From an uncultured delta proteobacterium (lineage in GTDB: Bacteria > Desulfobacterota > Binatia > UBA9968): a stretch of DNA of 64,000 nt. The stretch covers positions 128,001 through 192,000 of the forward strand of contig CAWDPO010000035.1 of NCBI GenBank assembly GCA_963804165.1, read 5' to 3'. The notes under the pieces were generated by a model. That model was not told where the DNA came from. It ran no database searches and was given only the letters and a program-made list of their open reading frames with translations. Below are positions 61,318 to 64,000 of the stretch, piece after piece. Position 1 is the first letter of the stretch. Every line of letters begins with the position of its first letter. The position numbers and the translations under genes were made by a program.

Positions 61318-61385
61318 GTTCGGCCGTCTTACTGCTTTGCACTTCCTCGTGGTCAATTCCACGTTCGCCAGTCGCGCAAAACTTA
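61309..61385 (-). ncRNA. ZMP/ZTP (pfl) riboswitch
   Basis: Minus strand TTTGCGCGACTGGCGAACGTGG-AATTGA-CCACGAGGAAGTGCAAA...GCCGAACGCCTGGG matches the pfl consensus, including GGCG/CGCC pseudoknot. Confidence 0.88.
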
Positions 61386-61392
61386 CGCAAAA

Positions 61393-61421
61393 CTTCTATC
61401 TTGAAACCCCGGGGATGTCAA
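61393..61421 (-). promoter_or_regulatory. Sigma70 promoter driving the riboswitch leader
   Basis: TTGACA-N17-TAGAAG immediately upstream of the aptamer. Confidence 0.65.
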
Positions 61422-61490
61422 CGCTTTCACTCGCGGCGCAATGCCCCGCCGCACGATTGCTAAGACGACATCGATCATGCAAATATCCGC

Positions 61491-62189
61491 ATGCTCATGG
61501 AACGCCTGATCCTTTTTGATATCGACGGCACGCTGACGCGCACGCAGAACGGCTATATTCCATTCAACGAAGCGATTCTTAAGACCTTCGGTGTCGACGG
61601 CGATATTCGCACGGTGGTGCCGGATGGCAATACCGATCCGTTGATCGTGCGCGATATCTTCACCAAGGCGAATGTGACGGTTGAATTCCCGGACGCGGTC
61701 TGGCGGCAATTCACCATCAATCTGAAGGATTGCTATCAAAGTCATGTGTTAAACGGTACGACGACGATCCAGTCTCTCCCGGGCGCTTCCGAATTGGTGC
61801 GAGTGCTCTCGGCGAGCGAGGATTACTGTCCGAGTGTTGTGACCGGTAACTTCGAATTCACTGCAGAGATCAAGTTGAAGGCAGCGGGTTTAGCGTCCTA
61901 CATTTGCCGCGGCGCCTATGCCAGCGATTCACATCATCGCCCCGATTTGCCGGCGATCGCGAAACGACGTTGGGAAGAGACGAGCGGACGGTCGCTTCAA
62001 TCAGAGCAGTGCGTCATCATCGGCGATACGCCGAAGGATTTGGAAGCGGCGCGGCAAAATCAAATGAGATGTATCCTTGTCGGCACCGGCCGTTTTCCGA
62101 TAGAAGAGTTGCTGTATTGGCAGCCGGATGGCTGTCTTGCGGACCTGACCGATACGGCTTCGGTCTTGTCGATGCTGGCAGGATTCTAG
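61491..62189 (+). CDS. HAD-superfamily hydrolase
   Basis: LFDIDGTL, VTGN, IIGDTPKD. Confidence 0.9.
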   Translation: MLMERLILFDIDGTLTRTQNGYIPFNEAILKTFGVDGDIRTVVPDGNTDPLIVRDIFTKANVTVEFPDAVWRQFTINLKDCYQSHVLNGTTTIQSLPGASELVRVLSASEDYCPSVVTGNFEFTAEIKLKAAGLASYICRGAYASDSHHRPDLPAIAKRRWEETSGRSLQSEQCVIIGDTPKDLEAARQNQMRCILVGTGRFPIEELLYWQPDGCLADLTDTASVLSMLAGF

Positions 62190-62200
62190 GAGGGAGAACC

Positions 62201-63205
62201 ATGCAATATCGAACGATCGGCAAAACGGGACTACGGGTTTCCGAAATCGGCTTTGGCTGCGGCAACAACGCGGTCTTGATGGTCAAGTCGCCGCATGAAG
62301 ATCAAGTCAAAGCGGTGCGCCACGCGCTCGATGCGGGAATCAACTTCTTCGATACCGCCTTTGCGTATGGCTTGGGCAAATCGGAAGAGAATCTCGGAAA
62401 AATTCTTAACGAGCTTGGCGCGCAGCCGGTCATTTCTACCAAGATCCGGCTGGAGTCTGACTCCGTCGGTGACGTCAAAGCCGCGACGATTCGCGCGGTG
62501 GAGGGCGGATTGGCCAGGCTCAATCGCGATCGAGTCGATTTTGTTCAACTCCATACCCGGGTGACGCTGGAGCGCGGGACGGGAAAGCGGTTCAGCCTAA
62601 CTCCGAAAGATGTGCTCGGTCCGAACGGCGTCATCGAAGGATTCAAAACCATGCGCGACCGCGGCAAGGTCGGTTTCTTCGGCTTCAGCGGTCTAGGCGA
62701 CCCTAAGGCGCTGCACGAGTTGGTCGATAGCGGGGAATTTCATGGATTTCAGTGCTACTACAATCTGCTCAATCCGAGCGCCGGCCACGCTGTACCGTCG
62801 GCATTCAGCCCGCTGGATTACGGGCAAATCCTCGACCGCGCCGCAGATCAAGGAATGGGAGCTTTCGTTATTCGCGTTCTGGCCGCGGGCGCGCTCACTG
62901 CGGATCCGAGCGCCGGGGGCGGCGGAAGCGGCCAAACGCTCTCGCCGGGGTCAGATTACCCCGTGGACCTGCAGCGCGCTGAAAAAGTGAAAACCGCGCT
63001 CGGAGTGGCCGGAAAGAATCTCACTCAAGCGGCAATTCGCTTTGCTCTGATGAATTCCAAAGTTTCCACCGTCCTCGTTGGCTTTTCGAACACGGCGCAT
63101 ATTGACGACGCGGTGGCGTGTTCTGGCGTGCCGGCGCTGTCTGAAGATCAGATGACAAGGATCAAGAAATTGTGGGAAGCGGATTTCGATAAATCGAACG
63201 GTTAG
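62201..63205 (+). CDS. Aldo/keto reductase
   Basis: GKTGLRVSEIGFGC, GINFFDTAFAYG, ISTK, DFVQLH, YNLLN; GGAG RBS. Confidence 0.92.
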   Translation: MQYRTIGKTGLRVSEIGFGCGNNAVLMVKSPHEDQVKAVRHALDAGINFFDTAFAYGLGKSEENLGKILNELGAQPVISTKIRLESDSVGDVKAATIRAVEGGLARLNRDRVDFVQLHTRVTLERGTGKRFSLTPKDVLGPNGVIEGFKTMRDRGKVGFFGFSGLGDPKALHELVDSGEFHGFQCYYNLLNPSAGHAVPSAFSPLDYGQILDRAADQGMGAFVIRVLAAGALTADPSAGGGGSGQTLSPGSDYPVDLQRAEKVKTALGVAGKNLTQAAIRFALMNSKVSTVLVGFSNTAHIDDAVACSGVPALSEDQMTRIKKLWEADFDKSNG

Positions 63206-63226
63206 ATTCCAGCGCGAGGTGATGTC

Positions 63227-64000
63227 GTGACGCTATTTTTTCATTCCGACGACGTCGATCAGCTGATTCCATTCCAGGAAGCGGTTCGAATAACCGAGAG
63301 CGCGCTGCGAGATATGGTCACCTCCGCCGGCGTCAACGCGCCGCGCAAGCGGCTCAACCTTCATCGAGACGTCGCCGAAGGCAGCTTTGATACGGTACTC
63401 AACGTGTACGCTGGTGGGTCGGCCAGCTACGGCGCAATCGGAGCGCAAGTGGCGCTGCATCGCAAGACGATCGTCGGCAACACACAGAAGCGCCCGCCGT
63501 TTAATCCGAATCAAACCGAGCTAGCACTGATCTACGACACGGACGGCGGTTCGTTGCTTGGCATCATGGCGCACCGGCCGCGGGATTTTACGGGTGTTGC
63601 AGACTTACGAACTCCGGCGACCAGCTTGGCGGGACTGGATCTCTTCGCTCGCAAGGATGCGCGGCGCGTTGGCATTTACGGTTCCGGCCAGCAGGCGTGG
63701 GCGACATTTGCCGGGTTATGCGAAATGCGAAAAATCGAGAGCGCCAAAGTCTATAGCCCGACGCCAGCCCATCGCGAGGGATTTGCCGGAAAGATCGGCG
63801 CCAAAACCGGCGTTCCAGTGAAACCCGTCGAATCGCCGGAGAATGCGGCAAAGGATGTCGATATTATTCTTTGCATGACGAATACGAATATCCCAGTGAT
63901 TGACGGCTCTTGGCTGGAAGAAGGGCAGTATATTATTTCCGTTATCGGCAGCAACATCGAGCTAGTCAAGAGCGGCAATCTCGCCGCACCGCGGCGGGAA
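63227..64000 (+). CDS. Ornithine cyclodeaminase/mu-crystallin family protein (runs off the window end; absent from the ORF track)
   Basis: GTG 63227: MTLFFHSDDVDQLI...LRTPATS...VGIYGSGQQA...VYSPTPAHRE...DIILCMTN...ISVIGS. Confidence 0.85.
   Translation, partial: MTLFFHSDDVDQLIPFQEAVRITESALRDMVTSAGVNAPRKRLNLHRDVAEGSFDTVLNVYAGGSASYGAIGAQVALHRKTIVGNTQKRPPFNPNQTELALIYDTDGGSLLGIMAHRPRDFTGVADLRTPATSLAGLDLFARKDARRVGIYGSGQQAWATFAGLCEMRKIESAKVYSPTPAHREGFAGKIGAKTGVPVKPVESPENAAKDVDIILCMTNTNIPVIDGSWLEEGQYIISVIGSNIELVKSGNLAAPRRE

Noticed and set aside
61904-62200. N-terminal 99 aa of the aldo/keto reductase ORF
   Set aside because: Overlaps the HAD gene out of frame; RBS and family homology start at 62201.

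Overview
GC-rich bacterial chromosomal window with no rRNA, tRNA or CRISPR array visible. The gene repertoire (many orphan NitT/TauT-type substrate-binding proteins, amidohydrolase-2 enzymes, cupins, tandem-VOC proteins) resembles Candidatus Binatia/deltaproteobacteria-like genomes; this is inference only. About 15 single-base frameshifts in otherwise intact genes suggest long-read consensus error. Contents in order: a CX5R phosphatase; a 5'-truncated IS481 inserted into a palindromic repeat; catabolic/transport modules; a UGA-containing (selenocysteine, UxxC) DsbA/FrnE oxidoreductase with a SECIS-like hairpin that the ORF track truncates; a pcaD-C-H-G-B-I-J protocatechuate cluster; argC; an Fe(III)-type ABC pair; a sigma54-preceded USP; a Rieske oxygenase; a coxM/coxS-like pair; a GAF histidine kinase whose H-box reads STQL; a bicupin-eutA operon without eutBC; addB-addA plus a 3'-5' exonuclease; ggt; yqjDEK; and a ZMP/ZTP riboswitch-controlled aminotransferase-serA-purA operon. 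Best leads: two paralogues of an unrecognised internally duplicated protein family (one fused to a Zn ribbon and facing the atypical kinase), the orphan EutA-bicupin pair, the selenoprotein, the ZTP riboswitch on serine synthesis, and several families of intergenic palindromic and short-tandem hairpin repeats.
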